Assembly: GCA_034520945.1 (NCBI GenBank)
Contig: JAXHNB010000006.1
Location: forward strand, 480,001 to 544,000
DNA length: 64,000 bases
Direction of reading: 5' to 3'
DNA from: Trueperaceae bacterium
Lineage (GTDB): Bacteria; Deinococcota; Deinococci; Deinococcales; Trueperaceae
Shown here: positions 1 to 9,221 of the stretch, piece by piece
Layout: every line of letters starts with the position of its first letter
Position numbering within the stretch: position 1 is the stretch's first letter
Position numbers and translations under genes: made by a program
The notes under the pieces: model-generated
Told to the model about the DNA's origin: nothing
The model's database searches: none
The model's input: the letters and a program-made list of their open reading frames with translations, nothing else

Positions 1-134
1 CGGCGCACTACGACGATCCGGTGATCCTGGTCGGCGCGCACGAGAGCTACGAGCCGCGCTGCCGCGCCTGCCACCGCGTCCCGCGGCGGGAGCGCGCGAC
101 CCCGCTGTTTGCGCAGGAGGCGGCGGGCGCCTGA
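1..134 (+). CDS. tdk: Thymidine kinase, 3' end only (partial)
   Basis: Frame from nt 3 reads [24 protein letters not shown]...*, matching the type II TK lasso and Zn-binding CxxC C-terminus; stop at 132-134. Confidence 0.85.
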   Translation, partial: AHYDDPVILVGAHESYEPRCRACHRVPRRERATPLFAQEAAGA

Positions 135-273
135 GCTGGGCGAGGGGTTTCGCACGTCCCAGCCGGTCTGCGACCTGCTAGCCTGAGTTCCGAGTGGAAC
201 CGTCGCGAGTTCAGCGGCGTGCACGGCCTGGCCGGCACGCCTGTGTCTCGTTATCGCCGAACGACGAAAGGAC

Positions 274-1512
274 GTGAACGTGCCCAAGCTCTACCTCGGA
301 GAAGCGCTCGGCCTGTTGGGGAAGACCCTCCCGTTCATCTGGATCCGCCTGGGGAGTTACCTGCTGTTGGGCCTCGGCCTGCTGGTCTACTTCGGCATCA
401 TCGGCGGCGTCGCCTGGCTGCTGGGCCAACTGTGGGCGCCGCTCGGGTTCATTTTGTTCCTGCTGGCCATCGGCGGAGCGTTCGGCATCGTGCGTTGGGT
501 GACGCGGTACTACTTCTACCTGCTCAAGGCCGCCCATACCGCCGTGATGACGGAGTTCATCGTGTACGGCCGCGGCCCGGAGGGGAGCCAGGTCGAGTAC
601 GGCAAGAAGCAGGTCATGGAACGCTTCCGCGACACCAGCATCATGTTCGCCGTCGACGTCCTGGTCGACGGCATCGTCAAGCGCATCGTGCGGACCTTCG
701 TGCGGGTCGCCAGCATCCTGCCGATCCCGGGCCTGGACTCGCTGGGCAAGCTGCTGGAGCGGGTGGCGCTGATGTCGTCCACCTACGTGGACGAGTCGAT
801 CCTGTCCCGCGCCTACAAGCAACGCGAGGAGAACGTCTGGAAGGTCGCGCACGACGGCATCGTGTTGTACGCCCAGGCGTGGAAGCCGATCGTGGCCAAC
901 GCGGTGGTGCTGAGCCTGATCAGCTACGTCGAGTTCTTTCTGCTGCTCATCATCCTCGGCCTGCCCGCCGTGGCGGTCGGTGCGGTGTTCCCCGCGCTGG
1001 GACCGGCGCTCGGCATCGCGGTGGTCGTGGGCGCCTGGATGATCAAGCTGGCGGCGGCCGACGCATGGTCGCTGGCGGCGACGCTGCTGGCCTACCACCG
1101 TGCCACCGAAGGGCAGGAGCCCAACCCCGAGTGGGTCGCCAAGATCGAGAACGTCTCCGACAAGTTCAAGGAGCTGGGCCAGAAGGCCCGGGACGCCGCC
1201 AGTAGCCAGGCCCCGCAGCAGGGCCCGGCGCCCTCCGGTGGGACGTCCTCCGGCGACGCTGCCGGGCCCACGGGCTCGGGCGGGCCCGGGGGCGCCGCCG
1301 GCGCAGCGGCGGCCGGCGCCAACCCGGGCACGGGCGGCGTCGACCCCGATGCGCCCACCGAAGGGGACGGTGGCGCCGGAGCGACGCGCCGCCCGGCCGG
1401 CACGGATCCCGACGCGAACGCCGACACGACCGATACGGCCGATAGCGACGACACGGACGAGCGGGACCCGTCGCAGGACGCGGACGACGGTGACGACACG
1501 ACGCGGCGCTGA
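274..1512 (+). CDS. Multi-pass membrane protein of unknown function with a Gly/Ala/Asp-rich disordered C-tail
   Basis: 412-aa ORF; AAAGGA RBS before GTG; several hydrophobic helices; low-complexity acidic tail. Confidence 0.8.
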   Translation: MNVPKLYLGEALGLLGKTLPFIWIRLGSYLLLGLGLLVYFGIIGGVAWLLGQLWAPLGFILFLLAIGGAFGIVRWVTRYYFYLLKAAHTAVMTEFIVYGRGPEGSQVEYGKKQVMERFRDTSIMFAVDVLVDGIVKRIVRTFVRVASILPIPGLDSLGKLLERVALMSSTYVDESILSRAYKQREENVWKVAHDGIVLYAQAWKPIVANAVVLSLISYVEFFLLLIILGLPAVAVGAVFPALGPALGIAVVVGAWMIKLAAADAWSLAATLLAYHRATEGQEPNPEWVAKIENVSDKFKELGQKARDAASSQAPQQGPAPSGGTSSGDAAGPTGSGGPGGAAGAAAAGANPGTGGVDPDAPTEGDGGAGATRRPAGTDPDANADTTDTADSDDTDERDPSQDADDGDDTTRR

Positions 1513-1583
1513 CGTACCGGAGCTCGGACGGGCCCACCCCCACGGTGCGTCCGCGACGCCGGACCGGTAGCGAAGGAGGACCC

Positions 1584-2177
1584 ATGATGACGACCCGAAC
1601 GATCCGCACGGCGATCGCTCTGGCCCTTGCGGCCCTGCTCGGGGGCGCGTTCGCGCAGTTGGGCGACGCCCTCGGCACGGTCGAAGCCACCTTCCGCGGC
1701 GAAGAGCGCACCTGGACGACGTACGACTACGCGCAGACCGAAGAAGAGGGCGTTCCCGCCAGCGCGAACTACGTGCCGTTCCCCGGCGGCCGGATGGAGG
1801 TCTCCATCACGGCGTTCCCCGAAGGCGCCACGCGGGACACGATCGATGGGCGCCTGTCGATCTCGTTCGTGGCGAACGGGTTTCCCGACGCCTGCCCGTG
1901 CGAGTTCGAGGACACCACGGTGCTGTACTTCGACGACGACACCTACTTCGGCGACGCCTTCGCGGCCAGCGATGACCAGGGGTCGGTGACGCTGACCTTC
2001 ACGCGGTTCGAGCGCCTGGAGGACGGCACGGTGGTGGCGGAAGGGACCATCGACGCCGTGCTGGCGTTCCTGCCGGGCGAGGAGAGCGAACGGTCCGCGG
2101 ACGAGGTCGAGCCCGAAACGCTCGAAGGGGGGCTCGAGACCCGCATCGCGCCCGACCGCGAGATCTCGATCGAGTAG
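1584..2177 (+). CDS. Secreted acidic hypothetical protein
   Basis: GGAGGA RBS then ATG at 1584; signal peptide MMTTRTIRTAIALALAALLGGAFA|Q; beta-rich acidic mature part with CPC motif. Confidence 0.8.
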   Translation: MMTTRTIRTAIALALAALLGGAFAQLGDALGTVEATFRGEERTWTTYDYAQTEEEGVPASANYVPFPGGRMEVSITAFPEGATRDTIDGRLSISFVANGFPDACPCEFEDTTVLYFDDDTYFGDAFAASDDQGSVTLTFTRFERLEDGTVVAEGTIDAVLAFLPGEESERSADEVEPETLEGGLETRIAPDREISIE

Positions 2178-2239
2178 GCCCCTAGGCACTGCACCGCGGC
2201 ACGCCGACGCGGCCGCGCGAGAGAGGAACGGGTGACGTC

Positions 2240-2872
2240 GTGGGCAAGAAACTGGCGATCGGATGTCTGATCGTGTTCGTGCTGTTGTTCCTGGGCGGGG
2301 CCGGCGTGGCCTGGTGGTACATCGGCCGGCCGGCCGGCGAGCTGATCGGCTCCGTCCGCGACGTGCAGCGCATCGAGTCGATCCGCGACAACGTGCGCGC
2401 GAGCGGCCCCTACGACGCGCCACAGGACGGGGTGCTGGCCGAGAGCCAGGTCGATCGCTACCTCGCCGTGCAGGAGACCATGCGCACCCGCCTCGAGGAC
2501 CGCGTCGCCACCCTACGCGATCGTTACGAGGAGATCGACGAGCGCGGCGGCGACCCGACGCCGGCAGAGATCGCCCGCGCCTGGTCGGACGTCACCAGCA
2601 TCCTGGTCGAGGCGGTCGAAGCACAGGTCGATGCCTTGAACGAACAGAACTTCTCGTTGGAGGAGTACGACTGGGTGCGGGCCCGGGTGCTGGCGGCGGC
2701 CGGGTTCGCGGCCGGCGGGTACGACCTGACCGACCTGACGTCGGGCGAGGTGCCGGACCAGGCCGTGCCGAGCGAAGAGCGCGCGGAGGTGCCGGAAGAG
2801 AACGTCGAGCTGGTGGAACCGCACCTCGAACGGATCGAGGAGACGCTGCCGTTCGCCTGGTTCGGGCTGTAG
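2240..2872 (+). CDS. Membrane-anchored helical hypothetical protein
   Basis: N-terminal MGKKLAIGCLIVFVLLFLGGAGVAWWYI anchor followed by an acidic helical domain. Confidence 0.8.
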   Translation: MGKKLAIGCLIVFVLLFLGGAGVAWWYIGRPAGELIGSVRDVQRIESIRDNVRASGPYDAPQDGVLAESQVDRYLAVQETMRTRLEDRVATLRDRYEEIDERGGDPTPAEIARAWSDVTSILVEAVEAQVDALNEQNFSLEEYDWVRARVLAAAGFAAGGYDLTDLTSGEVPDQAVPSEERAEVPEENVELVEPHLERIEETLPFAWFGL

Positions 2873-2939
2873 CACGCACGGAACCCGGCAGGGTGGCACG
2901 CGCCGTCGCACGTCGCGGCACGGTGCACGAGAGGAAGGC

Positions 2940-5900
2940 ATGTCCATGACCACCGATCGCACGAGAACGGCGCGGCCGCACGCTCGCCCCCGCACGTGGC
3001 TGACGCTGTTGGCATTGTGCGCATTGGCCACGTGGCAGATGGGCTGGGCGCAGGATTGCCGCGTCGAGGCCGAGCCCAACGACGCCCCCGCCGCCGCCAA
3101 TGCGATCGGCGATCAGCGCTGCTTCGTCGGCGAGCTGGACGGCGATGATCAGGACGCCTTCGTATGGGACGTCAGCGAGCAGGATGCCGGCACGTTCTGG
3201 GTGGTGGAGATCGAAGGGATCCGCAACCAGCTCACGCGGATCGATCTGCTCGACATCGCCTTCGCCGAAGACGGTGAGGGCGTTACGGAGGCCAACGAGT
3301 TATGGACGTTCGCGACCCCCGACGGGCGCCCCAACGCGTCGGCGCCCCTCCTGCTGCCGCCCGGCCCCCTGTACATGGGCATCTCGAAGAGCGGCGGCTC
3401 GGGCTCCTACGTCGTGACGCTGCGGCCGCAACGAACCCTCGACCGGGACCACGACGCGCTGCGGCACGGCTTGGAGGTCGACGGCGCATTCGCCGTGCAT
3501 GGCGGCGTCCCCGGCGAGGACGCCGGCGAGAGTGAGCCCACCGAGTTGGCGTGGACGCTCGACGAGGACGACGCGTCCTACCTGTGGGACGTGCACGCGG
3601 ACGTGTCGATCGGCGATGCGCTCGATCTGGAGATCGTCGGCCCGGACGGCACGCTGCTGGACACCGCCTTGGCGCCCGGCGGCACGAGACGAACCAACCT
3701 CGGGGTGGAGGCGGGCACCTACCAGGTTCGCGTGCACGGGGAGGCCGGCATGATGGCGCTCTCCCTGGTGCGGGGCGGCCGCGTCACCTCCGGACGCGAG
3801 GTCGAACCGAACGACGGCTTCGATCAGGCCAACCTCCTGCCGCTGGGCGAGCCGGTCGAAGGCGAACTGGAGGGGGACGACGTGTTCACGTTCACGGTTC
3901 CCCAGGACGCCGAAGAACGCGCCTACGACCTGGTGATCGACATCGACGCCGAGGCGGACGTGTCGCTGCACGACGAGGAACGCACCCTGCAGGAGCGCCG
4001 CGGCGCCGGCGGCCGGCTCCGCGACCTGGTGCTGGAGCCGGGCCGGTACTACGTGTGGCTGGACGGCGGCGGAAACGCTCCCTACCGGCTGCAGTTGGAG
4101 CAGACCGAGCTGCCCGGCGCGGGCTCCGAGCGCGAACCGAACGACGTGCTGGCCGCGGCCAGCCCCATGGCCGACGATCTGACGGCCCGCGGCACCCTCC
4201 ACTCGCAGGACGTCGACGTGTACCGTTTCGAGGTCGGCGGCGAGCCGCAGTTGTGGCGCGTGCAGACGGTCGGCGAGGGGGTCGGCCGTCTCACCATCTA
4301 CAACGAGGGCGGGATACAGCAGCGCAGCCTCGACGGCGAGCGCCGCCTTCGCCTCGACGACGTCCGGCTGCTGCCGGGCACCACCTACCTGGAGGTCTCC
4401 CGCGCGGAAGGGGACTACGCCCTGCGCGCGCTGGCCTTGGGCCCCGCGCCCGAACCGGAGCCCGAGGAGATGCCCGAGGAGGACGCCGAGCTCGAATCCG
4501 CGCCCGCACGCGACGCCGCCGACGACGAGGAGGCCCCGGACGACGCGGACGCGGCGGCGGCCGTCAGCGAGGAGGACCTCGACGACACGCCGCTGCCGTC
4601 GCCCCCGCCCGGCCGGCTGGAGGTGGAGCCGAACGACGACACCTCTCGCTCCGAGCGGCTGCGGGCCGGCGAGGTGCGCGTCGGGACGCACGGCCACGAT
4701 CGCGACGATGATCTGTACCGCTTCTTCCTGGCGAACGACCAGTACGTACGCATCGAAGCCGTGCCGCCCGAAGGGGGCCAGGTGCGCTTCGACGTGGGCT
4801 CCAAGCGCGCCGCCCCCGTCCGCGAGGGGGGTCCCGCCGTGTTCGAAGGGTGGCTCCGCGCGGGCGACCACTTCGTCGAGACGTGGTCGGACACGCAGGT
4901 CCGCGGGTACTACCAGCTGCGCCTGCGCCTGCTGGACCCCATCGCCGTCCCGGTCGACCAGGAACCCAACGACGACCCGGAGCAGGCGGCCCAGGTCCCC
5001 GCCAGCCTGACGTGGCAGGGCACCGTGGGCGCCACTGCGGGGAACGACTACTACCGCCTGCCGAGATTCGACCAGCCCGCCGAGATGCGGATCGAAGGAA
5101 ACGTGCCCGAAGGCGTCAACCTCGACGTGTCGACCGACGACGGTCGGCAGGGGGTCGACCTGAACGAGGAGGACGGCGGCCGCGTCTCCCTTCCCGCTGA
5201 CGGCGAGGCGACCCTCCGCGTCCGGGGAACCGGCAGCTACCGCCTGTCGCTCTCCTTCGACCCGCCCGCCCCCCGGTCGCAGCTACGCGACGACCCGGGC
5301 ACGGGCGCGGCGGAGTTGACCTTCGCGGAGCCGGCCCGCGAGGTGGCCGCGTACTGGCACGAGGGCCAGCGGGTCGAGAGCGACCTCACGGTTCGCAACA
5401 CCACCGACGAGGAGGTCGCCTTCCGACTGGAGGCGCACGCCAGCGACGCCGCGGCCGAGGTGGACGTGCCGGCCGAGGTGGCCGTGCCCGCCGGCGCGTC
5501 GGCCGATGTGCCCGTCGCCGTCCAACTTCCCGTCGATCGGCGCGACGACCAGCCGATCCAGGTCTCCGTCGCGACGCACGGCGCAGGCAGCGTGGACGCC
5601 GCCACCCTGCGCCTACACCCCCGGTGCGAAGCCCCGCCCGTCGGGTCCGCCCCGCACTGGCGGGTCCCGGACCCGCTGCTGGGGGGTCTGAACATGCTGT
5701 CGCCCGGCTTCGGCGCCGTCCCGCAGGTCGAGGACCCGGGCGACGTGGCGGCGCTGTTCGACGGCCGAACGGCGCCGTCCACGGGGGTGCGCCGCGCGCC
5801 GGACGCCCCGATCACGGTCGCGCTGGCCGGGGACGAGCCGGTCGAACTGCTGGGCACGCTGCTGCACCCCCAAACGCGAGGCGGCGTCTCCGAGCAGTTG

Positions 5901-8309
5901 CATCGCTTCCGCATCGAGACCTCCATGGACGGCGAGACGTTCACCACCGTGCTCGAGGATCGATTGCAGGCCGCCCGCATCGAGCAGGCCTTCGCGTTCG
6001 ATCAGCCCGTCCGGGCCCGCTACGCCCGCCTCACCTTCCTGGACGCGCACGGCGACCGCACCGCGCGCCTGGGCGAGTGGAAGCTGGTGGCCGCGCCCGA
6101 ACGGGACGTTGGCCGCCTGGACCTGACGCGGCCCGAGCTGGGCGGTTCCGTGACCTGGTCGCGACCCATACTGCGCCATCCCGGCGAGCTGCTGCAGGAG
6201 GAGCCGCTGCGCGCGCGGAACATGGACATGCGGGACCACCAGGAACTCCGCTTCGTGGTGGGGTTCCACCACCAGCGCGCCGCCGCCCTCGACGAGATCG
6301 CATGGGTGGTGCCCCCCGAGGCGGAGGCCGAGGAGGTACCGCCCGAGGTGATCGTCGAGGTCAGCCCGTATGGGCCCACCGGCCCGTGGGAGGAAGTCGG
6401 ACGTTTGGCGCCGAGCTCGCCCGGCGAGACCGCCTCGCTGGCGTTGGATCCGCCGGCCTGGGCGCGCTACGTCCAGTTCCGCGTGCCCAAGATCGAGGAC
6501 GTGCGCAACCTCGCCCTGCCGGGAAAAATCCGTGCTTTCGAACGTCCGGTCGGTGACGACTACCGCTCGATCACCGGCGAGTGGGGACACTACCGCCGTG
6601 AAGCCGCGTTCGAATGGAGCCAACCGCAGAGCGCCGAAGCGGGGCCCGCCAGCGACGACGCGGGCGACACCATGGACGACGCCACACCGCTTCGGGGCGG
6701 TGCGTTCGCGGAGGGCTCCGTGCAGGTCGCCGAGGACGTCGACTGGTACCGCCTGGAGCTCGGCGCTGAAGAAAACGCGGTCGAGATCCGCCTGCGTGGC
6801 GACCCCACCATCGCCTTCGAGTACGAACTGATGGACGCCGCGGGCGAGACGGTCTACTACGACCTGCGCGAGGAAGGGCTCGACACGGTCCTGACCGCCT
6901 TCGCCGACCCCGGCAGCGAACTGTTCCTGCGGCTGCAGGAGCCGAAGCGCTCGGTGGTGTTCTCGTGGGACACCAGCGGCAGTGTCAGCCCCTACCTGCC
7001 GATCACCTACAACTCGTTGGCCGGCTTCGCCCGCGACGTCGACCCCAGCCGCGAGTTCGTGCAGTTGCTGGCCTTCGACAATCCCGAGCCGATCTGGTTG
7101 CTGCCGTACTGGTCCAGCGACCGCGAGCGCGTGCAGCGCGGCATCCAGACCTTCGACCGCGATGCTGACTCCTCGAACGCCGAGCAGGCGCTGCTGTGGG
7201 CGGCGCGGGCACTGGAGGACCGCGAAGGCACCAAGGCGGTCCTGTTCATGACCGACGCGGAATCGACCGGCTACCGCCTGACGGGCGAGCTGTGGGAGGC
7301 GCTGGAGGCGGCCGACCCGCGCGTGTTCACCTTCGAGATCTCCACCTCCGGTTCGGACTACTCGCAGGACCTGATGCAGTCCTGGGCCAGCGTGAACCAG
7401 GGCTACTACGACTACGCCCGCAACGTGGCCGACTTCGAGGTCGGCTTCTCTCGCGCCTCCTGCATTCTGCGGCGCGCCAAGCGCTACGAGGTGGAGGTCG
7501 CCACCCGCTTCCAGGAGCCGCCCGGCCCCGGTGCATTGAGCGTCGCGCGCGGCGGGCAGGCCGACCTGCCAGGGATCGAGGTCATCTTCGACGCCTCCGG
7601 CTCCATGGGCGCCCCGCTGCCCAGTGGCGAATCCAAGATCGACGTCGGTAAGCGCGTGCTGCGCGACCTGGTCGGTGAGATCCTGCCGGAGGGTACCCCC
7701 TTCGCGCTGCGGGCGTTCGGGCACATCACGCCGCAGTCGTGCGAGTCGCGGCTGGACGTCCCGCTAGGTCCCCTGGACCGCGAGGCCGCTTTGAGCGCCA
7801 TCGACGAGATCCAACCGAAACTGTTGTCGCAGACGCCGATCGCCGACGCGCTGTCGCAGGTCGGCAGCGACCTCGCCGATGCCGGCGCCGGCCGCTCGGT
7901 CATCCTCATCACCGACGGCGAGGAGTCCTGCGGCGGCGACCCCGAGGCAGCCCTGGCCGAACTGCGCGACGCGGGCGTCGACGTGCAACTCTCCATCGTC
8001 AGCCTCGGCATCGACGAGGAGGAGGTCCGCACCAGCTTCGCCGAGCTGGCCCAGTCCGCGGGCGGCAGCTACGCCCCCGCCGACGACCTGGACAGCCTGC
8101 GAGGCGCCGTCACCGAAGCGCTGAACCCGCCCTACGAGGTGCTGGACGCCAGCGGCGAGGTGGTGGCCCAGGGCAGGATCGACGGCAAGGCGATCGAGGT
8201 GCCGATGGGCGTCTACACCGTGCGCGTGCCCGGCTCGCCGCCGCAGTTGATCCGCGACGTGCGCGTGCCGGGCGACGGCAGCCGGACGGTGACCCTGCCG
8301 AGCCCCTGA
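2940..8309 (+). CDS. Giant secreted protein: ExEPND/PPC-like repeats, Ig-like domain, discoidin-like domains and two VWA domains
   Basis: Signal peptide; five EPND motifs; discoidin-like LFDG...IETSMDGETF...ARYARL; MIDAS motifs WDTSGS...TD and FDASGS...TDGEESCGGDP. Confidence 0.85.
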   Translation: MSMTTDRTRTARPHARPRTWLTLLALCALATWQMGWAQDCRVEAEPNDAPAAANAIGDQRCFVGELDGDDQDAFVWDVSEQDAGTFWVVEIEGIRNQLTRIDLLDIAFAEDGEGVTEANELWTFATPDGRPNASAPLLLPPGPLYMGISKSGGSGSYVVTLRPQRTLDRDHDALRHGLEVDGAFAVHGGVPGEDAGESEPTELAWTLDEDDASYLWDVHADVSIGDALDLEIVGPDGTLLDTALAPGGTRRTNLGVEAGTYQVRVHGEAGMMALSLVRGGRVTSGREVEPNDGFDQANLLPLGEPVEGELEGDDVFTFTVPQDAEERAYDLVIDIDAEADVSLHDEERTLQERRGAGGRLRDLVLEPGRYYVWLDGGGNAPYRLQLEQTELPGAGSEREPNDVLAAASPMADDLTARGTLHSQDVDVYRFEVGGEPQLWRVQTVGEGVGRLTIYNEGGIQQRSLDGERRLRLDDVRLLPGTTYLEVSRAEGDYALRALALGPAPEPEPEEMPEEDAELESAPARDAADDEEAPDDADAAAAVSEEDLDDTPLPSPPPGRLEVEPNDDTSRSERLRAGEVRVGTHGHDRDDDLYRFFLANDQYVRIEAVPPEGGQVRFDVGSKRAAPVREGGPAVFEGWLRAGDHFVETWSDTQVRGYYQLRLRLLDPIAVPVDQEPNDDPEQAAQVPASLTWQGTVGATAGNDYYRLPRFDQPAEMRIEGNVPEGVNLDVSTDDGRQGVDLNEEDGGRVSLPADGEATLRVRGTGSYRLSLSFDPPAPRSQLRDDPGTGAAELTFAEPAREVAAYWHEGQRVESDLTVRNTTDEEVAFRLEAHASDAAAEVDVPAEVAVPAGASADVPVAVQLPVDRRDDQPIQVSVATHGAGSVDAATLRLHPRCEAPPVGSAPHWRVPDPLLGGLNMLSPGFGAVPQVEDPGDVAALFDGRTAPSTGVRRAPDAPITVALAGDEPVELLGTLLHPQTRGGVSEQLHRFRIETSMDGETFTTVLEDRLQAARIEQAFAFDQPVRARYARLTFLDAHGDRTARLGEWKLVAAPERDVGRLDLTRPELGGSVTWSRPILRHPGELLQEEPLRARNMDMRDHQELRFVVGFHHQRAAALDEIAWVVPPEAEAEEVPPEVIVEVSPYGPTGPWEEVGRLAPSSPGETASLALDPPAWARYVQFRVPKIEDVRNLALPGKIRAFERPVGDDYRSITGEWGHYRREAAFEWSQPQSAEAGPASDDAGDTMDDATPLRGGAFAEGSVQVAEDVDWYRLELGAEENAVEIRLRGDPTIAFEYELMDAAGETVYYDLREEGLDTVLTAFADPGSELFLRLQEPKRSVVFSWDTSGSVSPYLPITYNSLAGFARDVDPSREFVQLLAFDNPEPIWLLPYWSSDRERVQRGIQTFDRDADSSNAEQALLWAARALEDREGTKAVLFMTDAESTGYRLTGELWEALEAADPRVFTFEISTSGSDYSQDLMQSWASVNQGYYDYARNVADFEVGFSRASCILRRAKRYEVEVATRFQEPPGPGALSVARGGQADLPGIEVIFDASGSMGAPLPSGESKIDVGKRVLRDLVGEILPEGTPFALRAFGHITPQSCESRLDVPLGPLDREAALSAIDEIQPKLLSQTPIADALSQVGSDLADAGAGRSVILITDGEESCGGDPEAALAELRDAGVDVQLSIVSLGIDEEEVRTSFAELAQSAGGSYAPADDLDSLRGAVTEALNPPYEVLDASGEVVAQGRIDGKAIEVPMGVYTVRVPGSPPQLIRDVRVPGDGSRTVTLPSP

Positions 8310-8343
8310 GCGGCTGGAACGTCCGGCCGTGAACGGCACGAGC

Positions 8344-8370
8344 AGCGGCGCCCCGACTCGGGGCGCCGCT
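8344..8370. terminator. Hairpin between convergent genes
   Basis: AGCGGCGCCCCG-ACT-CGGGGCGCCGCT, perfect 12-bp stem. Confidence 0.7.
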
Positions 8371-8447
8371 TCCTGTGTCGTTTCGGATGTCGGTTTCGCG
8401 TCGCGTCGACCCGACGGCTCAGCAGGGGATGGGCATCGCCCGGCGGC

Positions 8448-9083
8448 TCAGAAGGTGGTGCGGATCGCCGCGACGACCTCGCGCACGGCCTGCGCCGAGG
8501 CGTCGGCCAGCAACGGACCGACCGTGGGATCGTTGTACGAGATGCGTCCCGCAGGGATGCGGTTCACCGCGATGTTGGGGTCGCTGGCGGTGCCGATCCC
8601 GGTCAGCGACACGACCACCTCGCCCGTGATGATGTCGGTGGCGCGCACGTCGACCTCGACCTGAGCCCGGGTTTCGCCCAGCGACAGGCCGAACGCGGTC
8701 ACGCCCGGCTCGGCGATGGTGGCGCGCGTGACGGTGCCCGTCACCACGTACCCGGCGCCCGCGGCCTCCGCCAGCGCTTCGGGTTCCATCGACTCCAGGC
8801 CCTGCTGCGCCATCACGTTCTGCAGTTCGCTACGCTCCAGGATGACGTAGCAGTCGCTCTCCTTCATCAGCGTGATCAGGCGGGCGGTGGCGGCCTCCTC
8901 GACCCCGGTGACGGTGGTGCCGTGACGGCCGGTGGTGTTCTCGAACTCGATCACGGCGACGCGGGGCGGCTCGTCGCTCTGGCACTCCAGCGACGACAGG
9001 TCGACCTCCGCTTCGGTGGTCGGTGCACACGCGGCCAGCAGCGAAAGGCTCAGCACGAGGGCCAACGGTAGGGCTCGGTTCAT
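8448..9083 (-). CDS. CsgG/HfaB-family lipoprotein
   Basis: AGGAGG RBS; lipobox LLAAC; RVAVIEFEN, ILERSELQNVMAQQ, GAGYVVTGTVT and VDVRATDIITGEVV match the CsgG-like fold. Confidence 0.8.
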   Translation of the reverse strand: MNRALPLALVLSLSLLAACAPTTEAEVDLSSLECQSDEPPRVAVIEFENTTGRHGTTVTGVEEAATARLITLMKESDCYVILERSELQNVMAQQGLESMEPEALAEAAGAGYVVTGTVTRATIAEPGVTAFGLSLGETRAQVEVDVRATDIITGEVVVSLTGIGTASDPNIAVNRIPAGRISYNDPTVGPLLADASAQAVREVVAAIRTTF

Positions 9084-9221
9084 GGTTCCTCCTGTGATGC
9101 ACGCGAAGTGTAGGGCCGGACGGGCCTCGGTTGCACGCGATCGCCTCATCCTACGGCGCGGGGCGTGCCGTGTGCCGCGGGATCCATCACGGCCGCCGGT
9201 TCCTGAGCGGCCGCCGCGCGT

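Noticed and set aside
1200..1512. Low-complexity GC-rich stretch as a possible DNA repeat array
   Set aside because: It encodes a disordered Gly/Ala/Asp tail with no regular repeat unit.
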